From Eutreptiella sp. 'Long Island Sound 2002' (taxonomy: Eukaryota > Protista > Euglenida): 64,000 nt of DNA. Where the stretch lies: contig OZ038378.1 of assembly GCA_964036045.1 (NCBI GenBank), positions 199,206,001 to 199,270,000 on the forward strand, given 5' to 3'. The notes beneath the pieces are model-generated. The model did not search any database. It saw nothing but the letters and a program-made list of their open reading frames with translations, and was not told where the DNA came from. Below are positions 45,606 to 57,617 of this stretch, in pieces. Position 1 is the first letter of the stretch; every line of letters begins with the position of its first letter. The translations under genes and the position numbers were made by a program.

Positions 45606-46740
45606 ATGTTCGGGCAAGGCGCGACCGCAGTCGTGGACCCGGACGTGCCTGCACGGTACCCCCCCCCCCCCCCAACAGGTCGGTACAACGTCGCCCCTCC
45701 CGCTCTGCACATCGCAGAAAGCACGCAGAATGCCCCGGCGCAACGCCACGTACCCCCCGTACCGCGCCTCCCGCCGCCGTCCCCGCACCGGATGGGCCGG
45801 CGCGGGATGCAGCCGCTTTCCCGCGGCCGCCGGCAGGCCTGGGTGCAGCAGATGCGCCGCTGGGTGGCGCGGGGTGACCCGGCATTGGCCCTCCGCCTCT
45901 GGCTCGCCCATGTGAGCCGCGCGCTGCCCCCTCGCCGCCAGCGCTCGGAAGGGTCCCTCGCGGCCGTCGCCTACGCTCTCCACGCCCTCGAGGGGCCGGC
46001 CCCCGCCTTCTTGGCCTGGAGGACATCCTCATGGGATGCTTCCTCCACTGGACGGACACGGGCGCGAACCCCAGGTGGGGGTTGTCGACCCTGCAGGCGT
46101 CCCCCAGGGCCTGGCGGTGTCGGGCCCCGCGCTCCACGAGGCCCTCGGCTGGCGGTATGGCCGGGCGGCCGCGCTCTGGCGGCCCCCCCGCCTCCATTGG
46201 AGGGAGGGCGTGCAGCTCTCCCACGTCGCCCCCCTGCTGGCGCTCCTCTGTGACCAGGGTCCCCTCCATGTCCGCCGCGCCGGAGCAGCCGCCCCGCGGC
46301 CCTGGACCAACGCGCCCCAGCGCCGGGTGCTCCTGGTCGAGGGGTGGGACCACGAGGCAGAGGGCTCCGGGGGCCATTGGGTGGGTATCACCCACGTCGG
46401 CACCATCCGGTGCCTCTCCGGGGCGACAGGCCCCTCGCCCCGCCCCGGGACCCGCACGCAGCCGCCGTCGCGGTGCTGGCCTCCATCTCGCGGGTGTTCG
46501 CCGTGTGGTATGCGGTGATGCCAGCCCCGAGGGCGCCCGAGCCAGCCCCGCAGCACCAGTACTCCCGCGCGGGGGGTGACACCCACGCTCGGGCGTGGCT
46601 CGCGGTCCGTGAGCTCGTGGCGGCGGCGCCGTGGGGGTGCAGGTCGTGTTCCACGCGCCCTGGCCCAGGTGTGCGGTCACTGGGCAGCCCTACCGTTGAG
46701 GCCGCCGTGGCCCTCCCCCCTCCCCTCCCTCCCCCCCCCC
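45606..46740 (+). pseudogene. GC-rich frameshifted coding relic; weak resemblance to a Ulp1/C48-type peptidase
   Basis: Across frames it reads EGVQLSHVAPLLALL...RRVLLVEGWDHEAEGSGGHWVGITHVGTIRCLSG.../..RDPHAAAVAVLASISRVFAVWY. The His-Trp motif is present; no catalytic Cys is seen. Confidence 0.25.
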
Positions 46741-47435
46741 CCCCCAACCCGGCGTGCAGTGGTGCACAGCGGACGCGGACACCGACCCTCCCCCCGGGGC
46801 GGCGGTTTCACAGCACCCCCATAGCCCCTTGATTGGTAACGGGGCGGGGGCAGGCCGCAGGGGCGCGGCGCCCGCCGCCGCCTCCGCCGGTGTTGAAGTG
46901 CGCAGAAGTAGCGGCCCATCCCCCCCAACTAGCGCGGGCATGCACGCGGGTGGCGGGCGACCCCCCACCCTGGGCTGCAGGCACCAGGTGGAGGCCCCGC
47001 CCCCCCCAGCCAGCAGCCGAGCGTGGGGCCCTGCCGAGGCCTCCGCACCCCCGCCCCCCCCAGCCAGCAGCCGAGCGTGGGGCCCTGCCGAGGCCTCCGC
47101 ACCCCCGCCCCCCCCCACCCCCTCCCCCCCCCCAGCCTGCCCCCCCCCCCCGGCGGGCGGCGCGCGACCTCCTCCCCCCGCCCCCTCCTCACTCAACCCG
47201 CGGCACGGCGACAAGCCTGCCCCCCCCCCTCCCCCCCGGCCCGCTGTTGCGGCTGGGTGTGCACCGCATGCATGGCCGGCCGATATCGTCGGGACAGCCA
47301 TCCAGCGCCCCAGGCGGTTTGTGAGCCTCAAGATCGGCCCTCAAATCAAATCAAATCAAATCAAATCCCCCTACCCCCCCCCCTACCTCCGGGGTAGGGG
47401 GGGGGGGCGACTTCGTGCGATATATGCCCCCAGAG

Positions 47436-47850
47436 GTGACCAGGAGCCCCATGTGCGCCTGCATGGCATTCTGAGGGTGCCCCACAGGTGACCAGGTGCC
47501 CCTTGTGCGCCTACATGGCTAAGGGTGCACTGCAGGTGACCAGGCGCCCCATGTGCACCTGCACGGCGCTGTGAGGGTGCACTGTAGGTGACCAAGAGCC
47601 CCATGTGTGCCTGCATGGCACCCATGGTGCACCGCGGGTGACCAAGTGTCCCACGTGCGCCTGCCTGGTGCCCTAAGGGCGCACTGCTAGCAGCCAGGAG
47701 CCCCGTGTGCGCGTGCATGGCACCCTGAGGGTGCACAGCAGATGACCAGATAACCTGTGTGGCACCTTAAGGCTACACGTCAGGGGACCGGCAGCACCAT
47801 GTGCGCTTGCATAGCACCTCCAGGGTGCACCACACGTGACCATGTGCCCC
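47436..47850 (+). repeat. ~51-bp minisatellite, about 7-8 copies, with two further units at ~48076-48170
   Basis: Units GTGACCAGG.GCCCC.TGTGCGCCTGCATGGC...AGGGTGCAC start at 47436, 47488, ~47537, 47588 and 47638. Confidence 0.85.
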
Positions 47851-48182
47851 CATCCCCCCCACACCCACCCTCTTGCCCGCCTGCCCACCCTCCCGCTCTA
47901 CGCCTTCTCCTCGGCAGCGGCACCCCCCCCCCCCTGGGTAGGGAGGGGGTCCACACCAGCGACAAAGGGAACCCACAGTGCCACCTGTGAACGCGCCACT
48001 ACCTCATAATTGTGCCTCCCCCCCGCCGCCCTTGCTCTCTTCCCTCCCCTCTCGACGCGCCTGATGGGTGCGCAGGTGACCGGGTGCCTTGTGTGCGCCT
48101 GCATGGTGCCCTTGGGGTGCAGCGCGAGTGGCCGGGTGCCCTGTGTGCGCCTGCATGGCTACATGAGGGGAGGGGAGGGAAG

Positions 48183-48620
48183 GGGACCTAGTCCCTTTGC
48201 ACCATGCTAAAGCGCACAGGGGTGGGGACCCAGACCCCCCTTCCTATGCTGATGCACACATGGGAGGGGAACCTGTCCCTCCGCACTATGTTGAAGCACA
48301 CAAGGGCGGGGAACATGTCCCTTCACCATGTGCTATTGTGCATAGGCGAGGAGAAGTCCCTCTGCTTTGTGCCGAAGCGCACAAGGGCGAGCAACCTGTC
48401 CCTCCGCCTTGTGCTGGAGTGCATCCCTCCGCCTTGTGTTGGTGTGCACAGGGGCGGGGAACCAGTCCCTCCGCCCTGTGCCTTATTCTTACCTTATTCC
48501 CCTCCGTTGGTGAGAAAGGCTTTTACCTTATTCCTCTCCATCGGTGAGGAACACTTTGACCTGATTCCCCTCCAACAGTGAGGAAGGCTCTTCCCTTATT
48601 CCTCTCTGACTGCGAGGACG
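48183..48620 (+). repeat. Adjacent 42-bp (48183-48484) and ~35-bp (48488-48620) minisatellites
   Basis: GGGAACCTGTCCCTCCGC.CT.TG.TGAAGC.CACA.GGGCG about x7, then ACCTTATTCCCCTCC...GGTGAGGAA...TTT about x4. Confidence 0.8.
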
Positions 48621-51600
48621 ACACTACCCCCTTCGTGCATTCGCAACCGAGCGGGGGTCGGCCGTAGTGAGCTGTAGCGCACATGCTGCGCGAAAACAAC
48701 AGTTGAAATGCTGCTGCATGACAATGGCAGCAGGACGGCTGCTGCAACCACAACAGCACGACAACCACAACTGCGGCAACTGTGGTAGGAAGGATGCTGG
48801 TGTAGCACCCCCATAGCCCCTCGATTGGCATCGGGGCAGGGGTTGGCCGCAGTGAGCTGCCGCCCACATGCTACAAAAGCAAAAGGGCCAATCCCCGTGT
48901 AGCGTGAAAGCGGTGGCTGAAATGGTGCTGCATGATAGCTACAGCTAGAAAGTAGCCGCAGCTACTACAGCACAATAGCTGCGGCTGCAACACGAAGGCT
49001 GCTAGTAGCGCCCCCATAGCTCTTGCATTGGTAATGGGGCGGGGGTTGGCCGCAGAGAGCTGCGGCCCACATGCAGCTGCAAAAGAGCAGCTGTTGTGCC
49101 TGCAGTGCGACAACAATACCTGAAATGCTGATGCATGACAACTACAGCAGGACGGCAGCTGCAACCAAAGCAGCACGACGACCCTGGTGGCGGTAGCCAC
49201 AGTAGAAGGGCTGCCAGTGCAGCACCCCCATAGCCCCTCGATTGATAACGGATGGGGGTTGGCTACGCTAAGCAGCTGCCTACGTGCTGCAGCCACTCAA
49301 GAACGTGGGCTTGGGGGAAAGATATTGCACCAAAGGGTGGCGGCCACGCATCCGGAGCGCCCCAACCAGGGCCCGGGGCGTAGCCTAGCTTGGCCACCCG
49401 GCCCGGGAATGCGGAGGGCGCAAGGGTAGGGTCCGGCGAGGGCCTTGGGAGTGCATCGTATGGCAAGGCCGGCTGATATGCAGTGTCATCGACCCCCCTT
49501 CCCCTACCCCCTTTCCCTTAAGCGGCTGTTGCGCCAGCAACGCGAAAACAACATTTGACATGCTGTTGCATTATAAGTGCCGCGGGGCACCTACTGCAAC
49601 CACTGTGGCACGATAGCTGCGGCAGCTGCGGTAGAAGGGCTACCAGTGCAGCACCCCAATAGCCCCTCGGTTGGGAACGGGGTGGGGGTTGGCTACAGTG
49701 AGTTGGGCCCGCTCCAATTTCATTTGGCAGCCCCCCCCCCCCCCCCCTAAGGGCACCCCCCTCCTTGTAACGGGGTGGGGTGGAATGGGGCCAAATCCTT
49801 GACTGCCAAAATTGAAAATGCAAGGTGCCAAAATTGAAAATGCAAGGTGATAGCATTTTTGGCCTAGCCAGATGGTGGTTGTTTCTTCTTGGTGGTATCC
49901 GGATATTCAAAACATTGATTGTTGCCATCTACAAAGCATAAGCACACCTGCCTTCGATGCACCCTTCCTTCCTTTTTAGGTGGAAGCAACTCCACAACAA
50001 AATGAAGCAGTACAAAATTCAACAGGCCTAGTACAATGATGCGCACTGCACTGCATACATCCCAACGATCAGTGCCTCACTGCCACAGGTCTAAAGGGAG
50101 ATTGTATTTGATGGGCAAACATGTGAAACATGAGCTAATTGTCGGCATCTAGATACTATAAAAATTACAACACCTGTTAACACAACTGCACCGGGCACCA
50201 GCGGGCAGCAAATCAGCCTTGCTGAATGAGCAATTCAGCCCGGGCGAATGCCACAGGTCTGAGGAGCATGCAAAAAAGGGGCAACTGGTGGCAGTGCTTC
50301 AGTGATGCACACATTTTTGCTCCAAATCAGCCACTAGAGATGCTGACATGGGTGGAGCTACTACTATGGCTACTGGTGTTATTGCCACTGGTGCTACTGG
50401 TGCTACTACCACTACTCTCATCATAACTACAACAACATCAAACATGGGTCATGGGGCTACAAAAAGAATGGGATGGCACAAGACACATATCAAAATACAC
50501 AGTGCTCAGGTATGCCACCCCCCCCCCAACCCCCCCCCCCGTAAAAGCACCCCCCCCCCCTTCTAAGCGGGGTGGGGTGGGAAGCCCCCCCCCCCTGCCA
50601 TATGAAATTGGCCCTGCCCCTGCTGCCCACATGCTTAAGCACAACAAGGGCTACTGTGCTTGTGGTGCAAAAGCAGCTGCGGTTGCAGCATGACTACTGC
50701 AAGGGGAAAGTTGCGCAGTTGCAGCGGGAAGGTTGCTAGTGTAGCGCCCCCATAGCCCTTCCATTGGCAACGGGGCGCAAGTTGCCTGCAGAGAGCTGCA
50801 GCCCACATGTTGCAACAGCCAAGCGGCTACCGCACTACAAAGCGACAATGGTGGCTAGAAATTTGCTGCACAACAGCCGAGGCCGTGGCGGCCGCAGTAG
50901 GAGGGCGGCCAATGCAGCACACCCATAGCCCCTCGATTGGTTACTGGGCGGGGGTTGGCTGTAGTGAGCTGTCGCCCACATGCTGCAGCCCACAAGAACG
51001 TGGGTAGGGGTGAGAGGCAGCGCACCGGCAGGTGGCGGCCACGCATCCGGAGCGCCCACACCAGGGCATGGGGTGCATCCCGGCTTAGCCACCCGCCCCG
51101 GGATTGTGGAGGGCACAACGGGAGGGTCTGTCAAGGGCCCTAGATGGCATGGCCGGCCGATATGCAGTGTTGTCGAGAGTGCCATCATATGTCACCCCAA
51201 GCGTCCTGTAAGCCTTAAGATCAGCCCCCAAATCCGAATCCAAATCCCCCTACCTACCCCCCCAACCCCCCCAACCACTCCCCCTACCTCCAAGGGGGGG
51301 GGGGACTTTGTGCAATACATGCCCCAGCAGGGTCCCTCCAGCTTGTGGAGTCATCCACACCCTCGAGTCAAGCATTACCGGTCATGTCCCACATGGGGTG
51401 CGAACTCAGGACCTCTTGCCCAAGAGTCATGCAGGGTTTTGTTAAGCCACGGGGGGGGGGGGGGGTTGATGTCATTGGAGACCCCCACCCATCCGGAATG
51501 GTGGATGACCCAAAACCCACAACTGAAAACCCCCAGGGCCGGGGGGCACCCATGCACTCACCCAAAGGCAAACAAAACGCAAAATAAAAATTGTATTGCC

Positions 51601-53137
51601 TTTGGCATGGCACCTCGAAGAGGCTGAGAGGCAGCCAATCAATCAGTCGCCAGGTAAGCAGAAACACACAGTTAAGCTTTTTTTAGTTGGGGGGGGGGAC
51701 AACTACAGCATAAGGGGAACCAAGTTGCCAGAGGAAAAGTCGGTGGTTGAATGGCAGAACATTCGAATCACAATCGACCAGCCGCCGGTTCGAAACCCAG
51801 CCACCCGATGCCCGCTCTGGACTGTTGGTCGCAGAATTTTTTTTCTCGACCTTGGTTCAAATCCTTCTAAGCACAAACTTTTGACCCCCCCTAAAAAATG
51901 TTCTGCAGTTTCAGGGGGATAGAGGGCTCAAAATCGAAAAATCCATTGTGGGATTGTTTTGTCGGGCAAAATAATGATTTTACAAGGGGTAGGATATCCA
52001 ATAACATGCCTTGGGGTATGCTATGCGAATGAACCCCCTAAAAGGGGGTTGTAGGGCGTCCGCGCCTGTGCTTGATCTAACAGCCTCTCTTCGAGGTGAT
52101 TTTCTTCCGGCCCAACCCACCAACCCCAAAACGCCTCACCCCCACCTGTGGTGGGGTGGGGAGGGGGGTTGAAAAGCCACCCACCCAGATCACCCACCCC
52201 CACCTTCTCCGCAGGGTACTAGGGAGCAAGTTGAACTGTTGGAAATAAATTCAGCAGCACTATTTGGGGACAGAGAAGCGGTGCAAAGATCAAGCAAAAC
52301 ATCAAAATAAGACCTGGCACAAACAACGACCTGTCGTCATCACCTGTGGTGGTCGTTAGCAGCAACAGCGGCTACACACCGCATGCAGAGCACTCCATAC
52401 TGTCTAACACTGTCACACTCCAAAGCTGCATGAAAGCCTAGACACGGGACTCCCAGCTCTGTCGGTCTACACCCCACTAGTCTGCACTGTACAAGGGCCC
52501 GGAGGGGGGTGGGGGGCTGCAGCCTAAGGGGGGACAAAACTCAGAGGTGGCTCCACAACCCCAGGGGACCCCACAAAATGGGCAACATACATTGGAGGCC
52601 AGCCATTGGCGGTATCCGCAGCCAAATTAGCCAACTAGCCGCAGAGGTGAAGGAAACTAGGGAAAATGGTGGCAAAATGGGGGGAAATGGGGGATTGTGG
52701 CCAACGTTCGCCGATTTTTTGGCCAGCGCCGATGGTTGAGGGGGCTACATAAGCCCCTGACATATCGGGGTGTGCACATTGTGGGGCAGATGTGCCTCTG
52801 AGGCCTCGGCCAAGTGGCACTCTCCTGGGCCCGGAAGGGGGATGGGGTGGACTTGGACATACAGAGCTGGGAGTCCTGTGCTATACACTGCATACGTAGA
52901 ACTCCATAACTGCCTGACACTGTCACACTCCAAAGCTCCATGAAGGCCTAGACAGATCTTACAGCGGGTAGGCCACGCACTGAGCAAAAGCCCCGCGTCA
53001 TGTCATGCGCTCGAACAGCTGAGCCATGCAACTTCGCTGGGCATGGGCAGGGGGAAAGGCAGGCAGATCCGGCATGAGGGCGGGCAAAAACAGGGGGGGC
53101 GGAGGACTGTGCCTTAAGACCAAGAAAAACACCGAGT

Positions 53138-53400
53138 GTTCCGTTACGCTCCTATTCTGGAGAAGGCTGCCAAGAGGAGATCACCTAAACCGCCGTCCCC
53201 ACCAAGCGTTGTTGGTCAACACCAACCGCCGTCGGTTACCCACCAACTGTCATCGAAGACCCACCAACCGCCATCAGTTACCCTCCAACCGACGTCGGTT
53301 ACCCACAACCATCGGTTACCAGCCACCAATGCGCTGTCCTGAAAACCGTCCTTAGTTAACAAAAAGGGGGGGGGTCCTAAAGGACACCCCTGGGTGGGGC
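53138..53400 (+). mobile_element. MITE-like repeat; a second copy lies at 63797-64000
   Basis: Both start TTCCG.TACGCC.TATTCTGGAGAAG and contain CAACCG.CGTCGGTTACCC subrepeats. Confidence 0.6.
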
Positions 53401-53507
53401 AATGAGTAGGCATCGGGGTGGAGGCAGATGCAGGGCGGGTGACAGGGTAACGCGGGGCAATGAGCAGACAGGGACAGAATCAGTGGTGGGACCAATGGCA
53501 GGGATAC

Positions 53508-54180
53508 CTTCAGGGTCTTCGTGCCTTCAAGGGACCTGTCACATTCGGAGACGAGGGCCTTCACATTCCCCCCCTTGCCCTTGTTTGCCAAGAGCGCCTT
53601 GAAAGCCTCGTTCACGGGGCCGTAGATGTTGTCCCGACGTTGCTGCTCCTGCTCGTACATCCACTCATCCTGCTCCCCGTCATCGTTGGCGCCCATGACA
53701 CCCACAAGGCCCACGGGCTTGGGGTGCAGCGAGGGGATTTCAACCACATCCACCCACTGCAGCGTGCAGTAGCTCTCCAACTCTTTGGCCTCGAGGCTCG
53801 TGACCAGGCATTCCACGCCGTACCAGGAACAGAGCTCCTCAAGATGACCGGCGTGGTGAGCGCCCGGACCAGCCACCAGCGGGTAGGAGTGCTTGTGGAC
53901 CTCGTAGGAGCCAGCGAGGCAGGGTCTGGAGATGATGCCCGCGTGGACCTTCCCGAGAGAGCGCATCATCTGCAGCTTGGCGACGAGGCCCCAGGCCCGC
54001 ACATGCTGCTGGTTGCAGTACTTTGCGGCATTGAATGTGACCAGGAAATGGTCGCCGGTGAAACTCTGCAAGTGGCCCTTCTGCTTGTCCACCCTGTGGC
54101 AGTTGGCAAGACATGGCCAGCCAGTACGGGGCAAGGGTGACATGTGGATCATATGCTGCGGGAGCTCGCTCAGGGACAGT
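53508..54180 (-). pseudogene. Class III adenylate/guanylate cyclase catalytic-domain exon, degenerate
   Basis: Motifs KGHLQSFTGDHFLVTFNA (GD at 54056-54051), VHAGIISRPCLAG and YPLVAGPGAHHAGHLEELCSWYGVECLVT. The canonical GDTVNxAxRLE has become GPGAHHAGHLE. Donor AAG|GTATCC at 53508/53507; the 5' part looks frameshifted. Confidence 0.7.
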
Positions 54181-54842
54181 CCTTGTGAGGTGAGCGAGTG
54201 AGTTTGTGAGTAAAAACTCCAAATAGGGATTGAATTCTGTCTCACAATTTGCTTGGGGAATGCGCAAGTGTTGCAGCGCAAGACGCTTGGGTAAAAAAGG
54301 CTCCCTTGCTGGCAACTGGGGCGGATGTTTGCCAACTAGAGTGGATGGTTGCCAGTGCAAGAAGAGGATCATGGGATGGGTAATCCACAGAAGCCGTTAA
54401 ATATCCCCGGTGCAACCACAAATACACTGTCCATGTTGGTTAGACATGTCTACTGGGGCAGACAGCTGTACGATTACCAAATGCGCCCCCAAACCAAGGG
54501 ACATTGCCAACAAATCAGTGAAAGTCTCTAGGCCGTGTCAAGATTGGTCTACACAGGGCTGCATAGGGCACTAGGACAGCTGCCACCAAAGGATGTCTCA
54601 CAGCAAGGTACTCAGGGCATTTCTACATCACAGACTAGGGCTTGGGCTTGAAGGATCATTCTTAGGCGTGCGCCTCATCTTCTGCATCCACACAGCAAGA
54701 AGGCACCTGGGGTCCATTTCTGCAATGAATGAGGAGACCATCTGGAGCCCACATGGTGGTGAGGGAGCCAGACTGCCACAACTGAACCTGTTGTGAGCCA
54801 TGAAAAAAGCCAGTTGCGCCAACACCACAACCAAGGTGGGTG

Positions 54843-56986
54843 CAAGCCGGTAATTTACGGGGGTTTGCGGGCTTTCCGGCCCCCGGCCCCCAGGTTGTGT
54901 AAATGGGTGTAAACTTTTCCCCAAAACGGCGTAAATTCCCAAGAAAAGTGGCATAAATTCCCAAGTAATGGCAAAAATTCACAGAACAGACGGTGTCGGC
55001 CAACAACTCAACCAACCTCAAAAACTGAAAACACAGGAACTCCGTGTTTTGAAGGTTGGTTGCTTCGGTCTTGTGACCCGAAGTGGAGTTTTCCCACCGC
55101 TTCAATGATTGGTTTGGTGTTTGGATTAGAAAAGAATGTGCGTGGATACATACTTGTATGTACCGACAGCCACGGTTTTTTTTTTGGCCGAACAAAAAGG
55201 AGTCCAAAAAAAAGTGAAGAAGACTTCAACGTCAACCAAGCGCCAAGTATCCATGCTCCTTTCCTAACCCTCACCCAATACCCTTTAGCCCCTTCCCTTT
55301 TTTGGAATGCACCAAAATATCAGTTGCCCAATTAGTAGTGTTTTTGAGGGACGGTACACACTTTTGACCAAGCACAGGTCCATGGTGCATTCCTCAAACC
55401 CCAGAACCCTCCCACCCCCCCGGCGGTCTTCTTTTTTTGCCTTGCGTTTTTTTTTCTTTTTCATTGCGTCAACCATTCGGTCCGGACATTTTTTTCTGAC
55501 CTTGTGCGGGTTTTTTTTTTGGAATCTGTTTGAAAACCAGTCCACCCCGGGCCCTCCCACCTCTCAGCCCTTTCCAGTACCTCTACGCACTTCTCCACAG
55601 ACAAATCGTCGAGGGCTACGCACTGTCTCTTTAACTGCATGATCTGCGACATATCCGCGCACGCCCCTACGACATCAAGCATGAAATGCAGTGACGCCAC
55701 AAATGTGTAACTGGTGATCAAACACAACACTTCCTGTTGCTTCACCTGGTCATCGGAGTCTCTAGGCTTCTTTGAATCAAGTGCACAAACCACCACCGGG
55801 TAACTCCTTCGCATGCTTCGCAGTGCACCGTACGCAAAGGCTGCCCAGCGACGATCTTGCAATCTATCAAACTTCAAAAATGCAACCCCCAAGTCTAAAG
55901 CGAACTCCCGCAAACCCTTCAAAAGCACAAGGGAAGAGTTGTAGTATGCTGCCAAATGTTGCAGGCCGTCGCTGAGCATGTCCAAAAATGCATGGGCCTC
56001 CTTCAATGCATCCTTCAATGCCAAATCTGCCCGATGGTAATTGTCATGCATGGCTACAAAGTAAGCATGCCCTGGTACCTCTTGCTATAGCGCACGAAGG
56101 AGGCCAACCAGGCCCGAAGTTGTTCCTACCATGACATTCGCCCCATCCGTGCAAAGCCAAACAAGCCGGCAGACCCAAACCTCCAACGGGATGGCGGCTT
56201 GCTCAAATGCCGCCTTGTAGGCTCTCAGAATTGACTTTGCGTCCCCCCCCTCCAATGCTTGAAGTGATAAACAGTGTGTCACTACATGAACGGGGAGGAA
56301 GTATCGGACATGCAGCATCTCTTCTTTTTTGGCCAACTAATCGGTGCAAGAGTCCGAAGTGAGAGCAAAATAGGGGGCTTGGGAGAGGGGTTTGGCCTCC
56401 TCCGTGCACACATCAACAGCAAAATGCTCCAAAATTGCAATCGCGGACGGATGGCAGCGATGTGTCTTGATGATGCTTGCACCATTCAATTCACCGGCCT
56501 CAGCAGCAATCTTCACTCGTCCTGCCGGATTCGGTATAGTTTTCTCTGGCATAGAAAACGGGCATCTACAAAGTTTGCATTCGACAATGGACACAAATCT
56601 TGTTCACAAATGTTTTTAAGTGCAAGGAACGGCACACAAAGCACATAGAAGCAAGGAAAGAAAGAATGCCCTTGAATGCCTCGAGGCAGGGATCTTCACT
56701 CGTGTTGCCGGATTCGGCGAATTGGCTACATAGCCCCTGCTAACTCCGACACAGGGAAGGGCATTTACACAATTTACATTCCAAAATTGACACAAATCTA
56801 GTTCACAAATATTTGTAAGTGCAGGCAATAGCAAGCAAATCATGTAAAATCCCTAATTTACACCAAATTTACAAAAAATCATGGGAATTTCCGCCTCTTT
56901 TCGAGGAATTTACAAAATTTTACGTAATTTACGGTGTAAATTGCTCCGGGCCCCTGCCCCCCCCCCCCCAATTTGTTACCGGCTTG
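54843..56986 (-). mobile_element. hAT DNA transposon (2144 bp), defective
   Basis: Perfect 11-bp TIRs CAAGCCGGTAA (54843-54853) and TTACCGGCTTG (56976-56986). The 8-bp TSD is GGTGGGTG (54835-54842) / GGTGGGCG (56987-56994). Subterminal GTAAATT/TTTAC repeats are present. Confidence 0.9.
55461..56594 (-). pseudogene. hAT transposase (ZNF862-like type), interrupted by stops and a frameshift
   Basis: Motifs YFALTSDSCTD (first Asp), LCTDGANVMVG (second Asp), HRADLALKDA (CxxH region), YYNSSLVLLKGL and QDRRWAAF (TRW-like). Confidence 0.85.
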
Positions 56987-57562
56987 GGTGGGCGTTTCAA
57001 AGGTACTCATTTGGATATTGCATCCATCATACATGCTTGCCCTCTAGTTGAAGTTAAGTTGTGAAAATTACCAGGTGACCCCTTACTCTTGCAACCGGCT
57101 TCACGCGAGGGAGTTGACGCCTTAGTTTTGGCCAACAATGAACGGTTCCCAAGGGAGCCACCCATGGCTAGGGTGTAGGGTCCCTGAAAGATTAAGAATA
57201 TTTACAACTGATGTGAAGGGATGGCCTACCCATTATTAGATGAAAACTGGGAGGCAAGTATCCCCCTCTACACCATCAAGAGTGTATCTTCTTAGGTGCA
57301 AAATTTCAGTGAAGTTCTATGCTGTCATGAGATACTGCTTCCTATTTGCTGGGTGGGATGGGGCATGGTTGCCACACACTTGTGCGGTAAAACGCCACAA
57401 CCCCCCCCCCCATTTGGGCCCATTTGCGTGCCCTACCCTAAGGGGTTGAATTGTTGAGTTAATCCTTTGTAAAATCATTATTTTGTCCACTAAACACATC
57501 CCCGAAGGAGTTTTTGGTTAGGACCCCTCTGGACCCACTGCACTCAACAAACACCCACTTTT

Positions 57563-57617
57563 TAGGGGAGGTTGGGGTTGGGGGTGTGGGGTCGGGTGGG
57601 TAGGGGGTAGGGGGGAG
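57563..57617 (+). other. Strong G-quadruplex-forming tract containing one telomere-like GGGTTAGGG
   Basis: GGGGGAGGTTGGGGTTGGGGGTGTGGGGTCGGGTGGGTTAGGGGGTAGGGGGAGG, with 8 runs of at least 3 G. Confidence 0.6.

Larger units (their letters stand above)
46770..51330 (+). repeat. Dispersed and tandem repeat family: a ~70-bp core in 7 copies, plus a longer module in 3 direct copies
   Basis: The core CAGCACCCCCATAGCCCCTCGATTGGTAACGGGGCGGGGG occurs near 46811, 48803, 49006, 49219, 49647, 50741 and 50913. The downstream module GGCCGGCCGATAT...CAAATCCCCCTACC occurs near 47270-47430, 49460-49510 (partial) and 51145-51330. Confidence 0.85.

Noticed and set aside
44822-45724. ORFs of 170-300 aa over the 99-bp satellite and C-rich tracts, and the 14-aa repeat ORF at 48197-48547
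   Set aside because: Open frames follow from unit lengths divisible by 3 in stop-poor repeats. There is no independent coding evidence.
46090-46260. GVPQG motif suggesting a reverse transcriptase
   Set aside because: No YADD/FADD follows (it reads SHVAPLLALL) and no other RT motifs are present.
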